Source: Octopus sinensis (taxonomy: Eukaryota). Taken from it: 64,000 nucleotides of DNA. Of the stretch, positions 1 to 12,235 are shown one piece after another. The DNA lies in the NCBI RefSeq assembly GCF_006345805.1, contig NC_043008.1, positions 17,980,001-18,044,000 on the forward strand. The letters are read 5' to 3'. How positions within the stretch are numbered: the first letter of the stretch is position 1; every line of letters starts with the position of its first letter. The translations under genes were made by a program, and so were the position numbers. The notes beneath the pieces are model-generated. The model was not told the DNA's origin and searched no databases. It was given only the letters and a program-made list of their open reading frames with translations.

Positions 1-1254
1 CTTGGTGTGTATAGATCTAAAATATATGGAACTTTAGATGCAATATACTTTTGTCGCCATCTTCTTTGTTTGCTTCACCGAGAATATTGTCTGTCGAGAT
101 ATTTCTCTAAACTATTTGGTTTGGAAGATGATATATTCGATATAATTTAACCTTTTAGCATTTATCCTACAGTCTTTTATTTATATAATAAGGAAGAAAA
201 TATAAACCTATCAACTTTTTGCAGTATTTACATATAAACACGCAGACACATACACACACCCATCATATGTGTGTGCGTATATGTCATAGTGCATATGTGT
301 GATTATACTTTTATGTGTATGTACTTATATATCTGATCTTTCCTTTGTATATTTACTCAATGTCATTACCTGGAAGGTGCCGTGGTACATTAAGTTCATT
401 CCTGTATTTATGTCTTTAAAGTTTGAAATATGTATATCATTTTGGTTTGAGATCACATTTAGGACTTTACTGAGAAGGGATTTCCATTCAATAATTATTA
501 AGTAACCGCAAATGCTTCGAGCGTTCCATTTATTCCCCAATAAAAGTGATTTATAGCCGAGGTTCAAGGAGAGACCGACAACAAGCCTGCTAGCGGAAGT
601 AGATTTCCAGCTAAATACATTAGGCGTTTCAGTAGTTGAATAATGTTTATCATAAAACTTAAAGAACATGTACACCGGAATATAAATACAGGTGGTTGAC
701 ATCAGGTAATTTGGGGGACAAAATCTTAGTAATTGCTGCTCATGGTATTTAAATGTATCGATAATATGTGAAGAATATTGTTATATTAAAAATCGAAGAA
801 TATCCACTAAAATATGTTATAGTAGTCCATACTTTTACAGTTAGGAACAATTTCAGGGATTATACATGCAGCTGTAATTCAGAAATACTCTCATATTGAA
901 GCATTAAGCTAGATTTTTATATCTCATTTCCCTTTGGTGAGAACATTTGGTAGAGAAATGCTTTTCGAAAACGAACAATATAGGCAACATACGTAGTTAT
1001 TATAACATCTAATATATCTAATTAAAATTGAAGAACAGGTGTGTGTTTTATTATGCGATAGATTACCAATAAAAGAAAAGCATACACACACAGCAACTGT
1101 GAAGTTATATTGTTTGATTTTAATAGAAAGCATTCTAAAAATGTGATAAAATGTATAAAACGTTGCAATCCAAGCGTTGTAATATTGTTATACAAATATA
1201 TCTGGCGACACAAAGAGAAAGATGACACTAGTATACGTAGCCCAAAATTGTATC

Positions 1255-1835
1255 TATGGGTTTGTCCGGAAAGTTCGTGCCGATTTATAGTAGCTTATCT
1301 TTCGACTTATTTTAGAACATGGTTGAGTCCATAAAATAGAAATTGAGTCCATAAACTAGAAACCTCCAATTAGAGCACAGTTTAAGCTATCTTTTCGTAG
1401 AAGAAGGTTTATGTTCCTATAACCTGTGTTAATTCTGTAACCCTTTAAAATGGAAGATAAGAAAGTCCATTTTCGGCACTTGATGCTTTGGGAACCAGAC
1501 AAAAATTGTTGCTGCTCGGCTGGGATGTGTTACCCTACCTTCCATATTCACCAGATATTGCTCCTTCCGATTTCCACTTATTCAGGTCTCTGCAGAATAG
1601 TCTTTACGGTAAAAATTTCAATTCCTTGGATGACGTAAAAAGATACCTTCCTGAATTCTTTGCGATGAAACCACCTCAATTCTGGGAAGAGGGTATTTTC
1701 AAGTTAAAGGAAAGATGGAAACGCATTGTGCAACAAAATGGTTCATATTTGGTTGATTAAAAATGTAATGGCAAGTATTTATTGACCGTTTTCTTGCCTT
1801 TAAAAATCGGCACGAACTTTCCGGTCAGCCTAATA
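1255..1835 (+). mobile_element. Internally deleted mariner element
   Basis: TIRs ccggaaagttcgtgccgattt (1266-1286) and aaatcggcacgaactttccgg (1804-1824) with TA at the ends. N-terminal MEDKKVHFRH is joined to C-terminal transposase with YSPDIAPSDFHLF and GIFKLKERW. Confidence 0.9.
1450..1760 (+). pseudogene. mariner transposase remnant (N- and C-terminal ends only)
   Basis: ORFs 1450-1638 and 1488-1760; YSPDLAPSD-type motif present; the central catalytic region is absent. Confidence 0.88.
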
Positions 1836-2368
1836 GAAGCTATCAATCCTGATGCACAATTAAGCAAATCAATTTACATGGATCTGGTATGAAATCATTC
1901 ATGTAACCATTTTTATGAGAACGTCAAACATCAGAAGAATCGGTTCCAAATATACAAATAAACAAAATATTTAAGGAGTAACAATAAATAAATAAATTTG
2001 AGCTGTCGCCGCAAATATTGTTTGTACATACACCACAACGTAAATTGTTGATGAGTAGCTACACTAAATCATCTTATTAAATAAGAAACCTAAAATATTT
2101 TATCTTAACATTAGGAAAGAGGAAAAGAAATCTAGAAATATAAATCATTGAAATTTAAATGTTTAACATATTTCTATCTAGAATTCATAATTAATATCTC
2201 TAGCACTGATTTTTCGCTTTTTTAGCTTAATTTTAAATATATTAACAAACTTGTAAATTAAGCCATCACTTATAATCTCTCTGTAAGGATAAGTGAAGAC
2301 CCTCAATGGAGTGCATCGCTAATATTTACAGCGAAGCTACTGCACATTCACAGGTATACACATTACAA

Positions 2369-2600
2369 GGCGGCGAGCTAGCAGAATCGTTAGCACGTCG
2401 GGCGAAATGCTTAGCGGTATTTCGGCTGCCGTTACGTTGTGAGTTCAAATTCCGCCGAGTTCGACTTTGCGTTTCATCCTTTCGGGGTCGATAAATTAAG
2501 TACCAGTTAAGCACTGGGGTCGATATAATCGACTTAATCTGTTTGTCTGTCCTTGTTTGTCCCCTCTATGTTTAGCCCCTTGTGGGTAATAAAGAAATAG
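2369..2600 (+). mobile_element. tRNA-derived SINE family A
   Basis: ggcggcgagctagcagaatcg head, B box gagttcaaattcc, body cctttcggggtcgataaattaagtaccag; multi-copy in window. Confidence 0.85.
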
Positions 2601-2789
2601 GTATACACAGTACAGATACTAAACTGATTACGTTAAATTTGCTTGGTAACATAATCCATTATTTGCCACTTCCCTCTGCATTTTTAACACTACCTCAGAT
2701 GTATCTACTTTCGGTGCTTGTTAACCAAGGGTATTGTATTTTCCCCTTAATTAAAATAATTAAGAAATGAAATATATTTGTGTGTGTGT

Positions 2790-2965
2790 ATGTACGTATG
2801 CATGCATGTATGCATGTATGTATGTATGTATGTATGTATGTATGTATGTATGTATGTATGTATGTATGTATGTATGTATGTATGTATGTATGTATGTATG
2901 TATGTATGTATGCATGTACGTATGTATGTATGTGTGTATGTACGTATTCTGTATGTGTGTATGTA
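2790..2965. repeat. (TATG)n microsatellite
   Basis: Direct reading. Confidence 0.97.
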
Positions 2966-3975
2966 TGTCGTTATTCAGTTTTATTTTAAGATTTCTTGCC
3001 AATAGGGAAAGATTCGGTTTCTAACCTAGATCCAAAGCCCTTTCATTGGAATTTCAACATCAACAACAAAGTATTCTTTTTTGTATGTATATGTGTATGT
3101 ATATATGTATATATGTATGTATTTATGAATGTGTATGTGCAGATTTGTATGTTTTATTTTACGTATGTATTCTCATGCATATAGTTGCATATCTAGACAT
3201 GTTTATATATATATTTGAAATATAACTTTCTGTAAAGTTTTATAGATTTTTAATGTGCCAGTGTTGGATTGAATTAGTAGTCTTCGAAATAGCTTTCTCC
3301 TTTCTGATTTTGAGAAGCCTAATTTCTCAAGATTGGTATATAGGCAGTGTACTACATATCCCAGGGCCACTATAATTACAGGTATAAACCTGATACATGC
3401 ACACATCAGACGATGAATGACACCAATAAAAAAAACTAAATAGACAGCAGTCACAATTTATAACAAATAATGCTCGATGCCTAACATAAATATGATAAAG
3501 TAACGTGAAGAGTAATGAAACAAAATGTGCATACCACCAATCTGAATGGGAAATTAGTCAAATTTATACTACAAAATGCAAAGATAGGATTGCATCAGAA
3601 GGAAAGGCAAGTTTCTAATGAAGACTTGATATCATCAGTGGTAGCTAAAAATTTCTACGGTGACTGTTATTCTCAATATTGGTTGCTATTGCATGGGAGT
3701 CTAGCTTGAGTGTAACCACCATAATATACGAATTTCATCCCGTAAACTAGGTGTAAACATGGATGAAAATAAATGATTTTAATAGGGATTTTTGATTTCC
3801 AAGATGGAACAACATACATATTTTGGGGAACATAAGTGTTAATATATTAGACAGCATATAGCAAGAAATCAGTTTTTTAAAAATATTTTTTATATAGAAT
3901 ATAATAGACAAGACGTCGCAAATCGCTACAGGTACCAATTGCACTAATGAAAGATTTTAATAAAAGCTGGCTGAA

Positions 3976-4418
3976 TGTCTAAGGGCAAGAAGACAGGTCT
4001 GGCTACGTGATTTTGTCTTCATAGTTATTATAATCACAACAATTGTCTCCTACCTTATCTGCAGTAGATGTTATGTCGTACGTTCGGATGCCTCTACTGC
4101 TCAACTCTTCTCTGCTCCACTACTCTGTTCTAGTCTACTACCTCTACATCTACGTATTGGGCTAGTCTACTTCATCGTCTGGAAGCGTCCACAAAACACC
4201 TCCCCCTTTTGAATTTTTTAAACCCGAAGTTATCAATTTTATTTCCTCGGTGAGAAACCGGCATATCTTTTTCTCTTAGCGTTAATTTCCATCATTTCTG
4301 TAGGTTTTCTCTTCCTGTTCGACCTACATGTCGGTTCTGCTTTTGCTTGTGGTTCTGGGACCTCGAACACCTTTGCTTGTAGTTCTGGGACCTGGAACAA
4401 ATCATACCATGAATCCAT
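3976..4418 (-). mobile_element. LTR-retrotransposon 3' remnant (pol tail, PPT, 3' LTR)
   Basis: Minus-strand ORF 4418-4239 ends EPTCRSNRKRKPTEMMEINAKRKRY, resembling an integrase tail. The purine tract AAAAGGGGGAGG (4210-4199) is followed directly by TGT at 4198; candidate ACA end at 3976. Confidence 0.5.
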
Positions 4419-5268
4419 TGGTTCTTCTCGCCTCTCTTGGTTTTTTATATATATTTTTTTTATTGATTTAAATGCCTTCTATGTTCATATTTTGGTCCTT
4501 TTACCATGTACATCAAGTTACGCAGACGTCGAGAGAGTTGTTCGACATAACAGTAGACTTAAATCTTGCGTCGGAAAAATTTGCTGAAGTAGATAACATG
4601 TAACATACAAGAATAGCATATATGGATGGAGTCATGATTATGAAATGAAATTTCTCATTAAATATCTCTCTTACTGCACTTATATATTGAATCCTCGAAA
4701 GGTAACTTTCTATAAACAATAATCAGAACTTTTCAATAGTGCAGCTGTAGTATATATGTTATGTAATCTCGAAATTAAATTTTCTAATAGAGAATTAGAA
4801 AAAGTGATCGGCAGGATTTCAAAATTTAATGTTTCAAATGGAACCTGATAATTACACGGGAAGACCCATTCACACGTACACACATAAACATAAAAACACA
4901 CACACACACAAACACACATATATATACTCACAAAAACGCATACTTGAGTATATGTATATGTGTGTGCGTGTGTTTATTTAGATATGGGTTTTTTTTTTCT
5001 GTGCTGATGTTAGTGTATTCATAAGACTTAATAGGTGATAATATTTCTCTAGAGGAATTCGGTTTGGGCATTGTTATGCAATCTCTATTGTTGTAGGTTA
5101 AATGTAGTTAAATGGTTTCAACAAGTGAGAGCTTTATAACACGTGAGGGTGTAATAGAGAAAGAGTAACAGAAAGAAAACTTTTAGATTCCATATTAATA
5201 TACAGTGCCTGTGTGTTAATTATTAAGTGTTCAGATGCCAACTAATGTATAGCTATATATTCACAGTG

Positions 5269-5592
5269 AGGGCGCGTGGCTTAGTGGTTAGGGCATTCGG
5301 CTCATGATCGTAAGGTTGTGAGTTCGATTCCCGGCAACGCGTTGTGTCCTTGAGCAAGACACTTTATTTCACGTTGCTCCAGTCCACTCAGCTGGCAAAA
5401 ATGAGTTGTACTTGTATTTCAAAGGGTCAGCCTTGTCACTCTCTGTGTCACGCTGATTATCCCCGAGAACTACGTTAAGGGTACACGTGTCTGTGGAATG
5501 CTCAGCCATTTGCACGTTAATTTCACGAGCAAGCTGTTCCGTTGATCGTATCAGCTGGGACCCTCGTCGTCGTAACCGGCGGAGTCTTTAAT
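5269..5592 (+). mobile_element. tRNA-derived SINE family C with CORE-like motif
   Basis: A box tggcttagtgg, B box gagttcgattcc, gtgtccttgagcaagacact resembling the CORE-SINE motif; further copies at 56695 and 59255. Confidence 0.85.
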
Positions 5593-6832
5593 ATATTCAC
5601 ATATTAACTACAACTCCATCACTCACATACACAATCAAACACACCCACATATACAGTTTACAGTTTCCTCTTCCTGTAAGGTAAGATGAACAATACAGTA
5701 CTCCATCTAATGAGAGATAAATATCGTTTAATGTAAACCGTATTAAAGTAAGAGCTACTAATAGTTTCTTGCCTATAAATCAAGTGGTTAGGCAGGTTTT
5801 ATAACGTGCATTGTGTCTCCAAGCAATCCCTAAGCTCTGAGTACATGGTGTGCTCTGTTTGAAAATCAGCACGATGTCACATGTGAAGCGATAAGTTAAA
5901 GCATGAAGGATGGTGACAAAAGTGGAATGAAAAGTGGAAAGAAACGGGAAAAGAAAGGAAGGAAAAGAAAGAAAATTAGAGAGAGGCCCTCTTTGACCGT
6001 AGAAGTCATTATTAAATTTGTTGTAGAATAATGCAACAACGAGAGGTCCAAAAATTCAACGGCGAGTGGTCCAAACATCTGTGCAATCAGGAGATGGTGA
6101 TGTCCTCCAGTTCACCAAATAAAAGTTTGTCTATATATTTGCATATGCTGAAAATTTTCGATCTGGAATCGTGCAATGTGATGGAATTCTTGGATCTAAA
6201 ATGAATGTGCGATCTTTTAGTTAAGTACGCGTTGCGTTTATATACGGCACGGATTTTGTCCACGATTCTCCATTTGATTGTACGTGGCATGCAGTCGGTT
6301 TCGAGCCTCATATGTGGCTAACCAACCTAGTAGCTTTACTCTCGTTGCAGTGCCGGCAAGAAGACTGGTGGTCTGGATAACGTCTTTTAATATTTTCTTC
6401 GAGTAGAGCGATGTAAATTTTCTTTTCAATTACGTTATCTTGAAGGAGAGAAAGAAGAAAAAATTTGTTGATATATTTGCAGCTGGTCAGTCAGGTCAGT
6501 TAGTCTCCTTCTTCTTCCTTTCCTTCTTTTTTCTTTAACACTCTTTTCAGATCCAAAAAACATACACACATATACACACACGTAAACATGCTCTCTCTCA
6601 CTTTCTCCCCATTCCTCACCCTCTTGTACTATTCTATATCTCTCCCCACCCCTACACACTCAATAGTACAATAAAAAGAGTCAAAATTCCTGCAAAAGTT
6701 AGTTCAATTTCAAGACTCCACTAGAGTGGACGAAAGCGCTATTATATATGATATATGATTTATAAAAACATGTAACATACTAATAAATATCTGTAAATAT
6801 AAAACCATTCAGATTTCTGAGTACCTCATTTC

Positions 6833-6885
<53 letters not shown>

Positions 6886-6900
6886 GTATATATATATATA

Positions 6901-7163
6901 TAATAATAAATATTAGGGAATAAATCCAAATTTACAGGGAAAAATCAGATTTAGGATTGAATTCAATTTTATAGTAAAATATTATATAATATTAATTCGA
7001 GACAAAACCACTATTTTGCAAATCAAACAAAGAAAGACAATCGAATACATAAAAAAATTTAATATAAATTGAATAAAATTTTATTTAATTTATATTAAAT
7101 TTTTTTATGTATTGGATTAAGTCTTTCTTTGTTTGATTTGCAAAATAGTGGTTTTGTCTCTAA

Positions 7164-7175
<12 letters not shown>
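6901..7175. repeat. Fold-back element in (TA)n
   Basis: Starts tattagggaataaatccaaa; palindrome ~6985-7172 centred near 7078; homologous to 63521-63770. Confidence 0.8.
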
Positions 7176-7236
<61 letters not shown>

Positions 7237-7237
<1 letters not shown>

Positions 7238-7385
7238 GACAGGCTACTTTCAGTTTTCACCTGCCAAATCCACTCACAAGGATTTGGTCGGCCTGTGGCT
7301 ATAGTAGAAGAGACTTGCTCAAGGTGCCACGCAGTGGGACTGAGCCCGGAGTCATGTGGTTGGTAAGTAAGCTACTTACTACATA
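7237..7385 (-). mobile_element. SINE family B head
   Basis: Reverse of the family B 5' half. Confidence 0.8.
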
Positions 7386-7498
7386 CCAATTGGAAATCGT
7401 AAATTCATGTTTACGTGCAAATAGAGTGGTGTTATGTACAGTGTGATACAATTCAAACATTGAACGTATATAATATCGTAACAGTGAAAATGTCTACC

Positions 7499-7534
<36 letters not shown>

Positions 7535-8156
7535 ATAATATATATATATATATTATATATATATATATATATACATATACATTTATGTATGTATGTAGGT
7601 ATGGCCATAGGGATATTCTTGGATTACTGCTGTCTGAAGTGAACTGAGAAGGATAGCGTAGCAATTAATTATGCCGTATAAAATTTGATTTTTGGACTGT
7701 CAAAAAAAGTTCTGAAATAATATGCACTCTTATCGATTCTGTCATGTTACGCTCCAATTTAATCAGTAAAATATGCGTTAGATATGCCATGGCGATTTGT
7801 GAGTTGAAATTATTCAGTTATAGCGCATTGCAGTATAACCATTTCCTGTTGCAACGCAATAGATTATTTGATAACTTTTAATCCATATTAGTGCGCATGC
7901 ACATATATTTTCATTGATCTTCTAGTGCTAGTGTAATCAGAATTTTAAAGTAAATAATTTTTGACGGATGTTTCAATATATTTGTTACGCGTACAAATAT
8001 TGTGTTATTTCACAAGACCTCACTTCTCTTGGCTCTCACATTCTCGACAACTAAAAATTTGTTCATTACTTTGTTTACGAAGTACATGATTAAAATACGA
8101 ATGGCATTTCGATGTATATTATTTTCTTTCTCTATATCTTTTATTATACGTGTATG

Positions 8157-8190
<34 letters not shown>

Positions 8191-8198
8191 TGTATGTT

Positions 8199-8246
<48 letters not shown>

Positions 8247-8258
8247 TTTATTCATTTA

Positions 8259-8493
8259 TTCTCTTACTTGCTTCAGTCATTTGACTACACCCATGCTGGA
8301 GCACAGCCTTTAGTCGAACAAATGGATCACTGGAATTATTCTTCGCAAGCCTAGTACTTATTCTATCGGTCTCTTTTCCCGAAACGCTAAGTTACGGGGA
8401 CGTAATCACACCAAAATCGGTTCTCAAGCGATGGTGTGGGAGTCAAACACTGACACATACACACACACACATATATGACGGACTTTTTTCAGT
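8259..8493 (-). mobile_element. SINE family B tail, head truncated
   Basis: Reverse of the family B 3' half. Confidence 0.8.
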
Positions 8494-9009
8494 GTTGTTG
8501 CGATCCCTCAAGTATTCTCATGAGAATAGACAGTTTCGGGGGTCGAGACCATATAGTAATGGTAGACAAAATAAAGAGAAAGAGAGTGTACAATAGATCT
8601 GAGGTGGGATCATGTCAAGAGTAATTTTATTTCAATTAGTCCAGTGACTCTCTATCCAACCTATATTGTAGCAGGAGCAGCCCTCCATTCATGAGAACGA
8701 TACCTCATTGTGGGATATTCTCACAATCCTAACACGTTCAGGCATTAGAAGCATTTGTGTATTTAGACTTACATTTGAGGTAACGTAAGAGTAGATTTCT
8801 AATGCGTGTGAGAACATGTGAGTGAACATGGTGATAATCACATGACAGAGAGTGATAAAGGCTACCCCAGTACCCCACCCCATTAATATATGCTGCATTT
8901 ATTCCTTTATATTAAAACTTAGTATAAAAACAAACATTCAATCTTTTTTTAATTCATTTTCGATGAAAAAACTTAGTAAAAGTGCACACACTATGTACGT
9001 AGGCATATG

Positions 9010-9241
9010 TATATATGTATATATATATATATATAATATATATATATATATATAATATATATATATAATATATATATATATATACATATATATATACATA
9101 TATATATATATACATGTATATATACATATACATATATATATATACATGTATATATACATATACATGTATAATATATATATACATACACACACATATATAT
9201 ATATATATAGACACATACATACATACGTACATACATATATA

Positions 9242-9284
<43 letters not shown>

Positions 9285-9324
9285 TAGATAGATAGATAGA
9301 TAGATAAATAGATACATACATACA

Positions 9325-9357
<33 letters not shown>

Positions 9358-9410
9358 GTACAGAGAGAGAGAGAGACACACACACACATACACACACACA
9401 CACACACACT
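9010..9410. repeat. Compound (TA)/(GATA)/(TACA)/(GA)/(CA) microsatellite
   Basis: Direct reading. Confidence 0.97.
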
Positions 9411-9954
9411 ATACATCAGTGTATGTATCTCTGTATCTATGCAAGTGATACGGATGCATGTGTTTTACTATGCATACCCAATTTCAATTTCAATTTTCTT
9501 TGCCTCTTCTGTATTTTCTTATTTACATATTGTGAAATATTAAATTTCTTTAAAAATTTTCTGCTTTTTATATCCTACCATCGTACAGAAGCAAAGAGCT
9601 TTTTTCTAGTTATTAGCATTTGTTCCTCGGCAAGATTTCATTGCTGTTCTAAAAAATATATTTCTCTTACCACGCTTTGGTTATTTTATTTCTATTTTAA
9701 ATAACATAAAATTCCATTTCATTTTGTAATATTACTTTCATTCCATCTCACGTCTTCAGCATCCTATCTACATATATATATACCGATAGCAATACGCATG
9801 CAATGTCTCATCGGGAGCCACTTTGCTGGTCGTTCAAACTGTTAGAAATAATAACCAAACACACTGCTTTATGTAATTTTACCGATGACATGTGAAGGCT
9901 CTACATAGTTACCGCACTTTCTAGAAACAAATACCAAATCTTCGTCAAATATTG

Positions 9955-10137
9955 ATTTCAAATTTTGGTACAAGACCGGTAATTTCAAGGGAGAGGACGA
10001 GTCGATTACAACGACCCAAGTTTTCAACTGGAACTTATTTCATCGATCCCGAAAGGATGAAAGGCAAAGTCGACCTCAGTGGAATTTGATCTCAGAACGT
10101 AAAGACGGACGAAATTCCGCTCGGCATGCTAACATTT
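9955..10137 (-). mobile_element. SINE family A (5'-degraded)
   Basis: Homologous to 2369-2600. Confidence 0.75.
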
Positions 10138-11880
10138 CTTCGTCAAATATTAAAACTTATTTGAATAGAACTTGTTTGATAATATATTCTATGTATAATG
10201 TTCCGGGACTATAGGGAAATAGTTGGCAGATTCAGGGCGTATAGTAAAACATGTAAAATTTCCTAACATACTGGAATACATGCTCTACTTCAGTTGACGT
10301 TGGGTTAAATATAACGACAATACTAACAAGATAATGTACATCATACAGAACTGTTATTGCAGGACATGTTACAACTAGCAATCAAATATCTCTAAAATCG
10401 CAGGTAACCTCTTCAAAAGGGAAACGATGGACAGTATGGTCCGGGTATCTAGGAAGTCGTCCTCCTAACAGTTTAAAATGAGAGCCACAACTATCGCAGA
10501 TCACAACATATTGGGTGTATTTATATGTACGAGGGAGACGTGTATATATTTATATATATATTCATATACAGAGAGAGAGATCAGCCAAATCGCTCTCGAA
10601 TCACAATATATTTTCTTAGAAGATAATATATTTCTCAACATAATACAGGATTCTCTACACACAGGAAAAACATGGAATGGCCACTAATGGGGCATATTTC
10701 ATCATCGATTAACTCTTTTGTTGCTGACTTTATACCTAAAATACAATAGCAAGGCATACATACGACGAACACCCCACTTGTTCGTTGAGGTATATTCTGC
10801 AATATATCCCCACACACAAAATCCAATAACAAATCTAAATACATTTTGTATCCATCCTCTTATTCTCTCTCTCTATCTCTCTCTCTCTCTCACGGTGTAT
10901 AGAGACACACACGTACATATTTATACGAGTATTATTCAAATGTATTAAGTAATTGATGAGCATATACTGAATCCAGTGTCACAAGCGCTATCTTTAAGAT
11001 AGCGTGTTCAGACTCATGTCACTATGTACAGTTGTGCATACATACGTATATATACGCGTGTGTGTATGTGTGTGTGTGTGTGTGCGCGCGCGCGCGCTCG
11101 CGTGTGTGTGTGCGCGCGCGCTCGCGTGTGTCTGTATGTGTAAATGTATTTCTGAATAATTATATGTGCATATATATATGTGTGTGTGTGTGCGTGCGTG
11201 TCTGTATGTGTATGTGTTTGTGTGTGCACATATATGCGTGCGTATATATAAACATACTCCTATATGGAGAAAGTGGGACAGAGAAACACACACAGAGTCA
11301 CACACACACACACACGCACATGCATACATATCTATGTGCGTGCATGTGGGTGGGTTTGACGTGCGTGGGGCACGTATGGGAGCGTGCGTGTGGTGGGAGC
11401 GTGTGCGCATGTGCTTAAGGTGTCTGCGATGCGTGCGATAGAAGTAGAGCTTCTCGCCGCGTATTTAGCTATGACTTAAAACACATCGTGAATGGCTCGC
11501 GAAAGTAATTGCTTCTATTCATCACTGATGTTTTATACTCTTCCTAATTACCCTATTATCTGATATTTAAATCAGTCGCATATATTTTGCTGTCTTTAGA
11601 ATGGGATATAGAAAATGTCACCCACTACTATTCCGCTATAAAAAAAACAAGGAGAAATATTGAGATATAAGAAATCTCTTTGAGAGAAGTGAGATTGTGA
11701 TTTCGCTATAGTGTATCATATTAACTTGCCAATTAATTTTGTCAAAGTGATTACCGTGGAATTGCAATTCTGCAACGATAAAAAATAAATATTAATTTAA
11801 ATATGTTTAAATAAGAAGTGTAGGAAATTAAATATATACGCACACATATACATATATATGGATGCATTTTCCTCATATAA

Positions 11881-12050
11881 AGGCGCAGGCGTAGATGTGT
11901 GGTAAGAAGATAGCTTCATAACAACATCGATTCTGGGTTCAGTTCCACTGCGTAGCACCTTGGGCAAGTGTCTTTTACTATATCCTCGAGCCGACGAAAG
12001 TCTTATGAGTGGATTTGGTAGACGAAAACTGAAAGAAGTCTCTCATATAT
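11881..12050 (+). mobile_element. SINE family B head
   Basis: aggcgcagg...ccttgggcaagtgtc...gaaagaag. Confidence 0.8.
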
Positions 12051-12103
12051 ATATATATGTAATATTATATATATATTTATATTATTATTATACACACACA
12101 CAC

Positions 12104-12200
<97 letters not shown>

Positions 12201-12235
12201 TATATACGCACACTCCCAGAACCACGTTAATAGCT

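Noticed and set aside
4513-4719. Signal-peptide-like MTPSIYAILVCYMLSTSANF ORF
   Set aside because: Short, no convincing donor site and no recognisable family.
5269-5345. tRNA genes in SINE heads (also 22097, 43355)
   Set aside because: A/B boxes are present but no complete acceptor stem, and each continues into multi-copy SINE bodies.
8494-8680. Solo-LTR-like segment (TGT start, AATAAA on the minus strand) truncating a SINE head
   Set aside because: Second boundary and TSD not identifiable.
9715-9762. Minus-strand CTGAAGA...GAAA-GTAATATTAC as a hammerhead
   Set aside because: No helix II and no U16.1 to pair with A15.1.
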